From contig CAWGKG010000007.1 in assembly GCA_963823035.1 (NCBI GenBank), forward strand, positions 32,001-96,000: 64,000 nt of DNA, in the 5' to 3' direction. Shown here piece by piece: positions 33,759-44,365 of the stretch. The position numbers and the translations under genes are program-made. The first letter of the stretch is position 1, and each line of letters starts with the position of its first letter. The notes under the pieces are model-generated. The model ran no database searches, was not told where the DNA came from, and was given only the letters and a program-made list of their open reading frames with translations. Source of the DNA: an uncultured Gemmatimonadales bacterium. GTDB taxonomy: Bacteria; Gemmatimonadota; Gemmatimonadetes; Longimicrobiales; Gaopeijiaceae.

Positions 33759-34754
33759 ATGTCGTCGCGCTTCGCGATCCCCGTCCTGATCGCCCTCTCG
33801 GCGGTGGGCTGCGCAGAGAAGCCCCGCACCGCGGAGGAGGCCGGTGGCGACGCTCCTGCGGTGACGCCGAGGCCCGACGGACTCCCCGAGGGCGCCGAAG
33901 CCCTGTCCTTCCTGGGGGACACGCTCTTCACGCCGGACCTCCCCGAGGACGTCCAGCGCGACCACATGGCGCTCTACATGGAGGCCGAGGACGCCCTGGC
34001 GGAGGCCCCCGAGGACGCGGACGCCCTGATCTGGATGGGTCGTCGTACGGCCTATCTCGGCCGCTACCGCGACGCGATCGACATCTTCACGTTCGCCGCC
34101 GGGCTCCATCCCGAGGACGCGCGCATCTACCGCCACCGCGGGCACCGCTACGTGACCGTCCGGGAGCTGGACGCCGCGATCGCGGACCTGCGTCACGCCG
34201 CCGACCTCACGCGAGGGCAGCCGGACGAGGTCGAGCCGGACGGGCTCCCGAACGCCCGGGGCATCCCCACCAGCACGCTCCAGTTCAACATCTGGTACCA
34301 CCTGGGCCTCGCCTACTACCTGAAGGGAGACTTCGAGGCCGCCGCGGAGGCGTACGCCCACTGCGCCGAGGTCTCCGTGCACCCGGACAGCAAGGTGGCC
34401 ACCGCCTACTGGCGGGTGATGACGCTGCGGCGCCTGGGCCGCGACACCGAGGCGGAGGCCGTGCTCGCCGAGATCACGCCCGACATGGACGTCATCGAGA
34501 GCGGGGGCTACCTGGACATGCTCCTCCTGCACAAGGGGGAGCGCACGCCCGAGGACATCGTGGGCCCGGCGGGCGCGGACGCCACGCTGGAGAGCACGAC
34601 AGCCGGGTACGGCGTGGGGGCGTGGTATCTCCTGAACGGCGACGAGGCCGAGGCCCGACGGCTCTTCGAGCGCACCCTGAGCGGCCGGGACCAGTGGGCC
34701 GCCTTCGGCTACATCGCCGCCGAGGCCGAGCTGGCGCGGATGGGCGAGGGGTGA
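33759..34754 (+). CDS. TPR-repeat lipoprotein
   Basis: SAVGC lipobox; TPR helices (WYHLGLAYYLKGDF). Confidence 0.8.
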   Translation: MSSRFAIPVLIALSAVGCAEKPRTAEEAGGDAPAVTPRPDGLPEGAEALSFLGDTLFTPDLPEDVQRDHMALYMEAEDALAEAPEDADALIWMGRRTAYLGRYRDAIDIFTFAAGLHPEDARIYRHRGHRYVTVRELDAAIADLRHAADLTRGQPDEVEPDGLPNARGIPTSTLQFNIWYHLGLAYYLKGDFEAAAEAYAHCAEVSVHPDSKVATAYWRVMTLRRLGRDTEAEAVLAEITPDMDVIESGGYLDMLLLHKGERTPEDIVGPAGADATLESTTAGYGVGAWYLLNGDEAEARRLFERTLSGRDQWAAFGYIAAEAELARMGEG

Positions 34755-35776
34755 GCGAGGCGGGGGAGCGGCCACCGCTAGACGTCGACTTCGAGGCCGC
34801 GCGGGCGGCGGTCACCGGCGTCGTCCGGCGCACCCCGCTGGTGGAGGCCCACGAGCTCTCGCAGGCGCTCGGGCGTACCGTCCTCCTCAAGCTCGAGTCG
34901 CTGCAGGTCACCGGGTCCTTCAAGGCCCGGGGCGCCGCCGCGCGCCTGGCCGCGCTCGACGAGGCCGAGCGACGCGCGGGGGTCGTGGCGTGCTCGAGCG
35001 GCAACCACGGACGGGCGGTCGCGTGGGCCGCGCGCCGCTTCTCCGTCCCCGCGACCGTGTGCGTCCCCACCTGGGTCGACCCGGTCAAGCTCGAGGGGAT
35101 CCGCCGGGAGGGCGCCGAGGCGGTCCTGGCCGGCGCCACCTTCGACGAGGCCGAGACGCATGCCGTCGAGCGGGCCCGCCGCGAGGGACGCACCTACGTG
35201 TCCGCCTACGACGACCCCTGGGTGATCGCAGGGCAGGGCACCCTCGCGCTCGAGGTGCTCGATCAGCTCACGGCCCCCCCGTGCGCGATGCTGGCGCCGC
35301 TATCCGGCGGAGGCCTGATCGGGGGCATCGCGGCCGCGCTCCGCTGGAAGCTCGGCGGCGACGCGCCCCCCGCGGTGGCGGTCTCGGCCGAGCGCGCCCG
35401 CGTGATGCTCGCCAGCCTCGCGGCCGGCCACCCCGTGGAGCTGGCCGAAGAGGATACCGTGGCCAGCGCGCTCTCGGGCGGCATCGGCCTGGACAACCGC
35501 TGGTCCTTCGCCACCGTGCGGGCGCTGGTGGCGGAGCACGTGGTGGTGCGCGAGGAGGAGATCCGCGCCGCGATGGCGTGGGCCTGCTCGGCGCTCCGCC
35601 TGGTCGTGGAGGGAGGTGGGGCCGTCGCCCTCGCGGCGCTCCGGGCCGAACGGTGGGAGCCCGACCCTCGACGTGAAGGGCCGGTCGTGGTCGTGGTCAG
35701 CGGCGGAAACGTGGCCGCCGGCCTCCTCGCGGACGTCCTGGAGGAGGCCGGCGGCGGGTCCCCGGCAGCGCGGTAG
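34751..35776 (+). CDS. PLP-dependent threonine/serine dehydratase family protein
   Basis: KLESLQVTGSFKARG, SSGNHG, SGGGLIGG, SGGN. Confidence 0.9.
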   Translation: MSEAGERPPLDVDFEAARAAVTGVVRRTPLVEAHELSQALGRTVLLKLESLQVTGSFKARGAAARLAALDEAERRAGVVACSSGNHGRAVAWAARRFSVPATVCVPTWVDPVKLEGIRREGAEAVLAGATFDEAETHAVERARREGRTYVSAYDDPWVIAGQGTLALEVLDQLTAPPCAMLAPLSGGGLIGGIAAALRWKLGGDAPPAVAVSAERARVMLASLAAGHPVELAEEDTVASALSGGIGLDNRWSFATVRALVAEHVVVREEEIRAAMAWACSALRLVVEGGGAVALAALRAERWEPDPRREGPVVVVVSGGNVAAGLLADVLEEAGGGSPAAR

Positions 35777-35782
35777 GCCCGC

Positions 35783-37781
35783 TCAGCGCAGCCGCACCAC
35801 GATGATCTGGCCCGGCGAGGGCATGTTCACGCGGATCTGGGCACCCGTCCCGGTACCGTTCGACACGAAGTCGTGGATGCGGATCCCCGACGCGCCCAGC
35901 GGTCCGTCGTACTCCGCGGACTTGAAGGAGACCGTGGGCGTCTCCGTCCCGTTCAACGTGATCGGCCAGGGGAAGTCCCCGGCGGGGTTCGGGTTGGAGA
36001 AGATGCCCGTCGCCGACACGAAGTCGTACGTGAAGAAGGGGCGCGCGGACGACGAAGCCCCGGCCTTGTGCAGCATGATCGTCGTGTAGAACTCGTCGAG
36101 CAGCGTCCGGAACGACTTGCCGGTCTTGCTCACGATCCCGGGCAGGCCTCCCGCCGTCGCGGAATCCGTGAGCGCGCGGAAGAAGTCGGCGTCACCGAGC
36201 GCCGTCTTGTTCGTGTTGCCGTAGGCGTCGCCGAGCCACCGGTGGAAGAGCCACCCCGACCCGTAGATCGAGGCGCCATCCGCCGCTCCGTTCGGGGTGA
36301 CGACGAGTCCGTTGGGCTGGCTGGAGAGGAACCAGACGGCGCGCGCCAGGTTGATCGCGACGCCGTAGTTCTCCTCGGTGATTCCGTTCGAGCCCTGGAA
36401 CGACGCCCGGTTCACCTCCGCGCCCGGAGACGGTCCTCCGTTGGCCGCCCAGGCGATGCGCGACGACATCTCCCCGGAGATCTCCGCCGTTCCCTCCTCG
36501 ATCCACGAGGGGTTGAACTGGTTCGTGTCCGGCGATCCGGATCGTGTAGAGCCCCACCACGTGCTTCATCTCGTGCGCTACCGTCGCGAGGGCCTGGTAG
36601 CCGGGATCGGCGGCGACCATGTCGAGGATCAGGTCGGCGTTGAAGTAGATGATCTCCGCCTCGTTGGAGGCCGGACAGATCTGCACCTGCGGGTCGGTCG
36701 ATGAACGGGGGAAGAAGTCACCCGCCCACACGAAGGCCGCGATGCTGTCGCTCGCCACGGGGGAGACGAAGAGGATGATCTTCCCGTTGCCGTCGATGTC
36801 GCTGGGCTCGCCCCAGTACGACGCGACCATGTCCTTGGCGTAGGAGGTGTAGTAGGACTCCAGCCGCTGCGCGAGGGTGGCGTCGATGCTCTGCGTGCTC
36901 GAGGCGTGCTGGGTGCTATCCTGATAGACGGCGAGATCCTGGTTCTCGTGGACCAGCACCGCGGTCGTCTTCGCCGCGGCAGAGGTCACGCAGGAGCCGG
37001 CGGTCACCGTGTCGATCGTCAGCTTCGCGGGCGAGGCCGCCTGGGGCGCGCGCGTCGGGCCGCCCGGACGCCTCGCCGGAAGCAGCCCGCGCGTTCCGAT
37101 CCTGCGCACCAGCTCGGCCTCACGGGCGCGGAGCTCCAGGTGGAAGCGCTCGGTGGCTTCGGAGATCCGCATCGCCTTCCGGAACGCCTCGTCCGACAGC
37201 CCGGCGATCGGCGAGCGGGGTGCGACCACCGGCGCGGGGGAGGCGGCCTCGGGGGCCGCGCTCACGCCCAGGCCGGTCACGGAGAGCTGCACCTGGCGCA
37301 CCAGGCTCGAGGCCTCGGCCTCCGTGGGCCAGGTCACCCCGACCCGGTAGCGGTCGCCGGCGGCACCCGAGGGGAGGATGATGCAGTCCGCGGCGTCGTA
37401 CACGGCCGACCCGCCGATCGACAGCGACACGGTCTGCGCGTTGTCGCAGGTCTGCTGCGCGGACACGGACACGGCCGAAGATCCCGCCACCCCGGAGATC
37501 GTGGCCGTGATGGCGGCCGTGCCCGATCCCGTGCCGGTCGCCAGGCCGGCGTCGGAGACCGACGCGACGCCGTTGTCCGAGCTCGCCCAGGTGACCGTCA
37601 CGCCCGTCACCGGGTTGCCGCTCGCGTCCTTCGCCGTCGCGGTGAACTGCTGGGTCGCGCCGACCACGATCGAGGCACTCGTGGGGGACACGGTGACCTG
37701 GACGACGTCGGGTCCGGTGGAGTCTCCGCAGGCGGCCAGAACGGCCACGGCGGCGAGGAGGAGCGGACGGTTCCTTTTCAT
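35783..37781 (-). CDS. Lipoprotein with Big_2 Ig-like domain and HExxH metallopeptidase domain (frameshift near 36540)
   Basis: LAAC lipobox, VTWASSDNGVASVS, DIDGNGKI, TVAHEMKH, WIEEGTAE in the next frame. Confidence 0.8.
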
Positions 37782-37856
37782 GGTGCCTGTGTGCGCGGAG
37801 GCGGCCGAAGTCGCACCGAGGGTACCCGCCGCATCTACGGCGAGCGTGCACCGCCG

Positions 37857-38676
37857 TTACCCCGTTCGAGGGCCACCGATCCCGCCCGGGGCCGCCGGGA
37901 CCACGGGTCTCCCGAGGAGGACGGGCAGGAGCTGGCCAGCCGGTCCGTGCACGCTCACGGTCGCGTGCACGGAGAGCGAGCGTGGGCTCCGGGTTCACCT
38001 CCACGAGGGTCCCGCCTCCTCTCAGGGTCGCGAGCGGAATCGAGGCGGCGGGCTGGACCACCGCGCTCGTCCCCACGACGAGACAGACGTCCGCCTCCCC
38101 GGCGAGCGTGAAGGCACGACCGAGCAGGTCCGGGTGCAGCCCCTCGCCGAACCAGACCACGTCGGGGCGGAGGAGCGCGCCGCAGGGCGGGGGGCAGTGC
38201 GGAAGGGAAGCCGCGCTCGTGGCGTCCACCGCCACATCGCGTCCGTCCGTGCGCAGGCCGCAGCGGGTGCACCGGTCCCCGAACAGCGCCCCGTGCAGCG
38301 TGAGCGGAAGGGCCGCTGCGGGATCGCGGCCGCCGGCGGCCGCGACCGCCGCGCGCTCGTGGAGGCCGTCCACGTTCTGCGTGACGATGGCGGCGCGGCC
38401 CGAGAGCGCCAGGCGTGCGAGCGCGTCGTGGCCGGGGTTCGGCACGCACCTCGCGACGACCTCCCGCCGCCACTGGTACCAGCTCCAGACCAGCACGGGG
38501 TCGCGCGCGAACGCCTGGGGCGTGGCCAGCTCTTCCGGGCGGTGGCGTCGCCAGAGACCGTCCTCGCCGCGGAAGGTGGGCACCCCGGACTCGGCCGAGA
38601 TCCCGGCACCGGTCAGTACGAGCACACGCCGCGCCTCCCCGAGCAGGCGACGCGCGGCCTCCAGCGGTGCGGTCAC
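37857..38676 (-). CDS. cobB: NAD-dependent protein deacylase (sirtuin; frameshift near 37980)
   Basis: [41 protein letters not shown]. Confidence 0.92.
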
Positions 38677-39042
38677 CCGCGCAGCGCCCTCCAGGCCAGG
38701 AGGGCCCAGGCGGCGAGGAAGCAGAGCCCGCCGAACGGTGTGATGGCCCCCATCCAGCGCTGACCGGAGAGCACGAGGACGTACAGGCTCCCCGAGAAGA
38801 GCACGATGCCCGCGACGAAGAGCCACCCGGCCGCCGTCACCGTGGCGCCGGGCCAGCGCGTCACCGCCCAGGAGGCGGCCAGGAGCGCGAGGGCGTGGTA
38901 GACCTGATAGCGCACGCCCGTCTCGAAGGTGGCCAGGTCCGAGGCTCCCAGGCTCGCCGCGGAGGGCATGCGCGCCGAAGGCTCCCAGGGCAACGCCGAG
39001 GAAGGCGAAGACCGCGCCGAGGCCGAAGAACGTCCTGTCCAT
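38673..39042 (-). CDS. DUF423 membrane protein (frameshift near 38955)
   Basis: [31 protein letters not shown]. Confidence 0.88.
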
Positions 39043-40767
39043 CACCAGGCCAGCCCGTAGGCCTCGCGGCGGGGATCCGACGCGACGGTGAGGGTTCCGA
39101 GATCGGGCTCCATGCGGATCATCTGGGCTCCTCCGAAGGTGGCCGTCCATCCCTGGACGAGGTGCAACTCGTGGCCCATGGCCGCCAGCTGTTCGCGGAC
39201 GGACGCGGGGACGCGGTCTTCGATCGACACGTTCAGCCCCGAGTTGGAGCGGAAACGCGGCGCCTCGATCGCCTCCTGGGGCGTCATCCCGAAGAGGAGG
39301 AGGTTGTCGACGATCTGCAGGAGCGACTGCGTCTGGCTGTCGCCGCCCGGCGTGCCGAGCGTGAAGGCCAGGCGCCCGTCCCGGAGCGCCATCATCGGCG
39401 TGAGCGTGTGGAAGGGCCGTTTGCCCGGCGCCACCTCGTCGGGATGCCCGTCCCGCAGGTTGAAGAGGGATCCACGGTTCTGGAGGAGCACACCCGTCTC
39501 GGGCTCCAGGAGCCCGGAGCCGAAGCCGGCGAAGTTGCTCTGGATCCACGAGACCGCGTTCCCCTGGGCGTCGACGGCCGTGAGGTAGACCGTGTCGCCC
39601 GAGTCGTCCTGGGTGGAGGGGTCCATCCCGGGCTCGCCCCCGACGCCGGGCTCCACCGACGCCGCGGCATGGGCCGGATCGACGAGCGCGGCACGACCCG
39701 CCAGGTAGGCCGAATCCAGGAGCTGGTCGACCGGGATGTCCGCCTTCTCCGGGTCGGCGACCCAGCGGTCACGGTCGGCGAAGGCGAGCTTCTTCAGCTC
39801 GATGAGCGTGTGGAGATAACGCGAGGTGTTGTGACCCATCTCCTTCAAAGCGAAAGGACTTGGCCATCCCGAACAGCTGGAGCTGGGCCAGCCCCTGCGA
39901 GTTCGGCGGGAAAACCAGCATCTCGTGACCGAGGTAGCTGCCCCGCAGGGGCTCGACCCACGTCGACGCATGGGCCGCGAAGTCGGGCGCGCGCAGGTAG
40001 CCGCCCTCGGCCTCGAGGAAGGCGGAGAGCCGCTCGGCCACCGGGCCCCGGTAGAAGCCGTCCTTCCCCTGGCGCGCGATGCGCTCGAGCGTGGCGGCCA
40101 GGGCCGGGTTCTTCAGGAGGGACCCGACGGCGGGCGGCTCTCCGCCGGGAAGGTAGAGCGCCCGTCCCGCTTCGTTCAGCGATCCGCCCTGCTCACGGAA
40201 GTCTTCGGCCAGCCGCGTGGACACCGGGAAGCCGTCCCGCGCGTAGTGGACGGCCGGCTCGAGCAGCCGCGCGAACGGCAGGGTGCCGAAGCGTTCGTGC
40301 ACGTCGACCCAGGCGGCCACGGCACCCGGGACGCTCACGGACATCGCCCCCGTGGACGGCACCTCGTCCAGCCCCTGGTCGCGGAAGAAGGCCGGCGTGG
40401 CGAGCGCGCCCGCGCGCCCGCTTCCGTTCAGCGCCCACACCCGCCCGGTCGAGGCCTCGTACACCAGGATGAACGCGTCTCCGCCCACACCGTTCATGTG
40501 CGGGCGCACCACGGCCAGGACCCCGGCCATGGCCAGTGCCGCGTCGACGGCGTTGCCTCCCGCCTCCAGCACCCGCAGGCCCTCCTGGGTCGCCAGCGGA
40601 TGGTCGGAGGAGACCCCGCCGCGGGTGCCGCGCACGTCGGGGCGGTTCGTGGCCGGGTAGAAGGGCGCGTCCGCTGCCTCCCGTTCGCGCGGGGGCGCAG
40701 CCTGGCAGGCCGTGCACGAGGCGAGCAGCAGCGTGGTGGCGACGAGACGGCTACGAGGCCGGTTCAT
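39042..40767 (-). CDS. ggt: Gamma-glutamyltransferase (frameshift near 39850)
   Basis: GGNAVDAA, GVGGDAF, PPNSQG, DTVYLTAVD, PGKRPFHTL, GTPGG, SDPRR. Confidence 0.92.
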
Positions 40768-40976
40768 GGCGGCTCCATGGGGGTTCGTGGGTGTCGGAAC
40801 CCTCAGGTTGGGACCACGGGGCGTGGGGCGCCAGAGGCCCCCGGCGGCATGGTGGTGGCCACGCGCGGGGGGGATTATCCTTCGATCTTCGCCCATCCCC
40901 TCCACCGCGGGCCGACCGGCCGTGTCCGTTGCCCTTCCCACCCGACGACCCGTCGAGCCACCGCCGCCCGAGCGCG

Positions 40977-42131
40977 ATGCGGGTTGCGGTCGTGGTGGCG
41001 TTCGCCCACGGCCTGAACGACGCCTACGCCGCCTTCGTGCCGCCGCTGCTGCCGCGGCTGATGGATCGCCTCGGCCTGTCCATCGCGCTCGCGGCCACGG
41101 TGGCGATGACGTACTCGATCGCCTCGTCGCTCCTGCAGCCCCTCCTGGGCTACCTGGCGGACCGCTACGGGCGGAGGGCCTTCCTGGTGGCGGGGCCGCT
41201 CCTCTCCGGGGTGTTCGTCTCCCTGATCGGGTGGGCGCCCTCCTTCGGGCTGCTGGTGGTCGTGCTCGCTCTCGGCGGTCTGGGGAGCGCGGCCTTCCAC
41301 CCCCCGGGTGCGTCCTACGCGGCCCGCGTGAACGAGGGCAGGGGAAGCGGCGTCCGCTACTCGGTCTTCTCCTTCGGCGGGAGCGCCGGCTACGCCCTGG
41401 GCCCCCTCGTGGCCGTGACGCTGGTGGGGCGGCTCGGCATGGGCGGGCTGTGGGTGGCGATGATCCCGGTGGTGCTCCTCACGCCCTTCTTCTGGGCCAA
41501 CCTCCCCAGTGGGCGGAGCGAGCGGACGGTCCACCTCCCGCCCGGGCCCGCGGAGATCATCCGCCTTCTCGCCGGCCCTCTGGGCCTCGTGTTCGGCGTG
41601 AGCGCGCTGATGGGGTGGGCGCAGCGGGCCTTCCTCACGCTGGAGCCGATCATCGTCGCCCGGGGAGGCGGCTCCGAGGCGCTCGGCGCCGTCGTCCTGA
41701 GCGTCTACCTGGGCGCGCAGGCCGGGGGCACGCTCGTGGGAGGGTACCTCGCGGACCGGATGGACCGGCGTCGACTCCTCGTGGGACTGTGCGCGCTGGC
41801 GCTTCCGGCCCACCTGGTGGCGGTGGGCCTCGCGCCGGGCTCCGCGGGCGCGCTGGCCGGAGCTGCGCTCGCCGGCTTCTTCGGGATGGCGGTCCTCCCG
41901 CCCGTGGTGGTGACCGCCCAGGAGATCCTCCCGCGTGGCGCCGCGGTCGGCTCCGGGATCGTGATGGGGCTCGCCTGGGCGGCCGCGTCCGTAGGCGTGC
42001 TGCTTACGGGCGCCTTCGCGGACGCCGTCGGGCCGCGGGCGGCGGCGCTCGCCACCATGCCCGTGATCCTGGGCGCCGCAGCGCTCGCCGCCCACCCGTC
42101 GATTCGCGCGGCGCGCGCCCTGGAGGCCTGA
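40977..42131 (+). CDS. MFS transporter (Fsr-like)
   Basis: HGLNDAY, QPLLGYLADRYGRR, SAAFHP. Confidence 0.88.
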   Translation: MRVAVVVAFAHGLNDAYAAFVPPLLPRLMDRLGLSIALAATVAMTYSIASSLLQPLLGYLADRYGRRAFLVAGPLLSGVFVSLIGWAPSFGLLVVVLALGGLGSAAFHPPGASYAARVNEGRGSGVRYSVFSFGGSAGYALGPLVAVTLVGRLGMGGLWVAMIPVVLLTPFFWANLPSGRSERTVHLPPGPAEIIRLLAGPLGLVFGVSALMGWAQRAFLTLEPIIVARGGGSEALGAVVLSVYLGAQAGGTLVGGYLADRMDRRRLLVGLCALALPAHLVAVGLAPGSAGALAGAALAGFFGMAVLPPVVVTAQEILPRGAAVGSGIVMGLAWAAASVGVLLTGAFADAVGPRAAALATMPVILGAAALAAHPSIRAARALEA

Positions 42132-42132
42132 C

Positions 42133-42870
42133 GTGCCCTTCCGGCTCGAGCCCCCCCGCGACCGCACCCTCTTCCGGCTGGTGAAGGGCGCCCAGCCCCT
42201 GTCGCTTCCCAAGGGTCGTCAGCTGTACGCCCCCGGGGACGCGGCGCAGGAGGTCTGGTTGGTGCGGGAGGGCTACGTACGCCTCGTGCTGCCCGGGATG
42301 GAGAAGGGGAAGGGGTTCCGGACGGTGGCGGTCGCGCTCCCCTGGGAGCTGTTCGGAGACGAGGCGCTGACCGCAGGGCACCGGCGCTATGGGGCGCTGG
42401 CCGGAGCCCGGTGCGTCCTGCAGGCGTTGCCGACGGCCGGCGTCCTGCGCGGCCTGAAGACGGCCCGTAGGAGCCTGGACGCCTACCTGGAGGGCGTGGA
42501 GCGCGAGCTGCACCGGCTCCGGCACGCACAGGGGGGCTCCCAGGGGCCCACCGCCGCCCAGCGGCTGGCGGAGGTGCTGCTCGATCTCGGCGAGCGCTGC
42601 GGAGAGCCCGTCGGGCGTGGCATCTGCCTCTCGGAGCGCCTGACCCACCAGGTGATGGCCGACCTCGCCGGCTCCCATCGCGCCACGGTCACGACCCTCC
42701 TCAACGACTGGCTGTACGAGGGAATCCTGTCCAACGACGGGGCCGGACGCCTCGTGCTCGCGCGGCCCGCCGGCCTCTGGTCGCGAGCCGGCTACCGTCC
42801 ACCCGAGGAGCGTGCGGCCCGGGAGCGTCCCCCCGAGGGGCCGCCCAACGCCGCATCCGCGGGTCGTTGA
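42133..42870 (+). CDS. Crp/Fnr family transcriptional regulator
   Basis: cNMP-like beta domain (ELFGDEAL) and HTH LTHQVMADLAGSHRATVT. Confidence 0.88.
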   Translation: MPFRLEPPRDRTLFRLVKGAQPLSLPKGRQLYAPGDAAQEVWLVREGYVRLVLPGMEKGKGFRTVAVALPWELFGDEALTAGHRRYGALAGARCVLQALPTAGVLRGLKTARRSLDAYLEGVERELHRLRHAQGGSQGPTAAQRLAEVLLDLGERCGEPVGRGICLSERLTHQVMADLAGSHRATVTTLLNDWLYEGILSNDGAGRLVLARPAGLWSRAGYRPPEERAARERPPEGPPNAASAGR

Positions 42871-42895
42871 CCCAAGTATCTGTGCCATCTAGGTT
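42867..42895 (+). promoter_or_regulatory. Sigma70-type promoter
   Basis: TTGACC-17 bp-TAGGTT upstream of 42956. Confidence 0.55.
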
Positions 42896-42955
42896 TTAGG
42901 GCTTTTCCGGGATCCTGGAATCCCTCCGTTCACGGACCTACGCAGGGAAGCACCG

Positions 42956-43645
42956 ATGACGAAGCGGCACCCCGGCCAGCGCCGCCTGGCCACCGAGCGG
43001 CAAGAGCACGAAGACGACGTCTTCGTCGCCAACGTCCTCGAGATCGGGAACTGGGCCAAGCGCAACCAGCAGGTCCTGACCGTGCTCGGCATCGTGGTCG
43101 TGCTCGCCGTCGCCGCGGGGCTCTACTACCGGAACTACCGGAGCACGCTCGTCCAGCAGGCCGCCAACCAGCTCGAGCAGATCCAGCAGTCGGTCGCGCT
43201 GCAGGACACGCAGGGCGCCAAGGACCAGCTCGTGGTGTTCCTCGATCGCTTCGGCGGCACGCCGTACGCCGGCGAAGCACGCATGCTCCTCGGGGAGCTG
43301 TACCTCCGCTCCAACGACCCCCAGCAGGCGATCGCGGTGCTCGAGCCCATGGCGTCGCCGCGGGATCCGCTCGAGCTCCAGGGCGCCTCGCTCCTGGCTG
43401 TCGCCTACGAGCAGGAAAAGCGATGGGCCGACGCGGAAGCCACCTATCTGCGCATCGCGGACCGTTCGGAGCTCGACTTCCAGGTGCGCGACGCGTTGGC
43501 GGCCGCCGCCCGCATCCGCAGCCAGCAAGGCAACGCCGCCGGAGCGGCCGAGCTCTACCGTCGAATCCTGGCCGGCATGGACGCGAACGCGCCAGAACGC
43601 GGCGTCTACGAGATGCGCCTCGCCGAGGTCACCGACGGGGAGTGA
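42956..43645 (+). CDS. YfgM-like membrane-anchored TPR protein
   Basis: Short charged N-terminus, single TM, TPR helices. Confidence 0.75.
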   Translation: MTKRHPGQRRLATERQEHEDDVFVANVLEIGNWAKRNQQVLTVLGIVVVLAVAAGLYYRNYRSTLVQQAANQLEQIQQSVALQDTQGAKDQLVVFLDRFGGTPYAGEARMLLGELYLRSNDPQQAIAVLEPMASPRDPLELQGASLLAVAYEQEKRWADAEATYLRIADRSELDFQVRDALAAAARIRSQQGNAAGAAELYRRILAGMDANAPERGVYEMRLAEVTDGE

Positions 43646-43713
43646 AACCCGCCGCCGAGCGCGGCAGGGGGCCTTCGAATCCCGCAAGACCCCCCTCCAG
43701 CCCCGCTTTCTTA

Positions 43714-43741
43714 ACTTCGTATAATATGTATTATGTTAAGT
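43714..43741. other. dif: dif site (XerC/XerD recombination site)
   Basis: ACTTCGTATAA-TATGTA-TTATGTTAAGT: 11-6-11 layout, XerD arm 10/11 to TTATGTTAAAT; intergenic between convergent genes. Confidence 0.92.
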
Positions 43742-43789
43742 TGCGAGAGCGCGCGGTGGGGTTCGACTCGTGCGGACCACGGGGCCTGC

Positions 43790-44365
43790 CTAGCGCGCCG
43801 CAGGCTCCAGGGCACGCACGCGCACCCGGGCCGTCCCCACCCCGACGATGCCCAGCTTGCGCGCGGCCACGTACGAGAGGTCGATGATCCGCCCGTCGTG
43901 GAAGGGGCCGCGGTCGTTCACCCGCACGATCACGCTGCGATCGTTGTCGAGGTTCGTCACCTCGACGTAGGTGGGAAGCGGCAACGTCCGGTGCGCCGCC
44001 GTCATGCCGTACATGTCGTACGGCTCTCCCGAGCTGGTCCGCCGGCCCTGGAATTTGGAACCGTACCACGACGCGAGCCCCTCGGCCTCGTATCCCTCCG
44101 AGGTCGTCATGACGTGGTAGGTCCGGCCGGAGACCTCGTACTCCGGGGGATTCCCATAGGGGCTCAACGGCTCCTCCGTGGGGACCGCGTCCGGGATGCC
44201 GGCGAGGTCCGCGTCGGTGAGCCCTCCGCCGTCGGCGGGCGCCGAGTCCGTCGCGCCGCCGACCGCCGCCGCGGTCGGGCGCGGCGAGCCGGGCGTGCCT
44301 CCGGGAAAGCCGGCGAGCGAGCAGCCCCCCACGGCCAGGACGACAGGAGCCAGGAGCCACCTCAC
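43790..44365 (-). CDS. rlpA: Septal lytic transglycosylase RlpA family lipoprotein
   Basis: ASWYG, TAAHRTLP, VRVNDRGPF, RIIDLS; VGGC lipobox. Confidence 0.92.
   Translation of the reverse strand: MRWLLAPVVLAVGGCSLAGFPGGTPGSPRPTAAAVGGATDSAPADGGGLTDADLAGIPDAVPTEEPLSPYGNPPEYEVSGRTYHVMTTSEGYEAEGLASWYGSKFQGRRTSSGEPYDMYGMTAAHRTLPLPTYVEVTNLDNDRSVIVRVNDRGPFHDGRIIDLSYVAARKLGIVGVGTARVRVRALEPAAR

Noticed and set aside
37120..39549. Apparent multi-gene fusions in the ORF track (DUF423-cobB here; also rpoN-GT2 at 52137-54656 and GT2-methyltransferase at 44874-46328)
   Set aside because: Produced by stop-poor frames and frameshifts; each gene has its own coupled start.
43711..43742. loxP-like sequence (TAACTTCGTATA) suggesting an engineered or Cre site
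   Set aside because: Only one arm resembles loxP; the other is a XerD arm with a 6-bp spacer, so it is dif.
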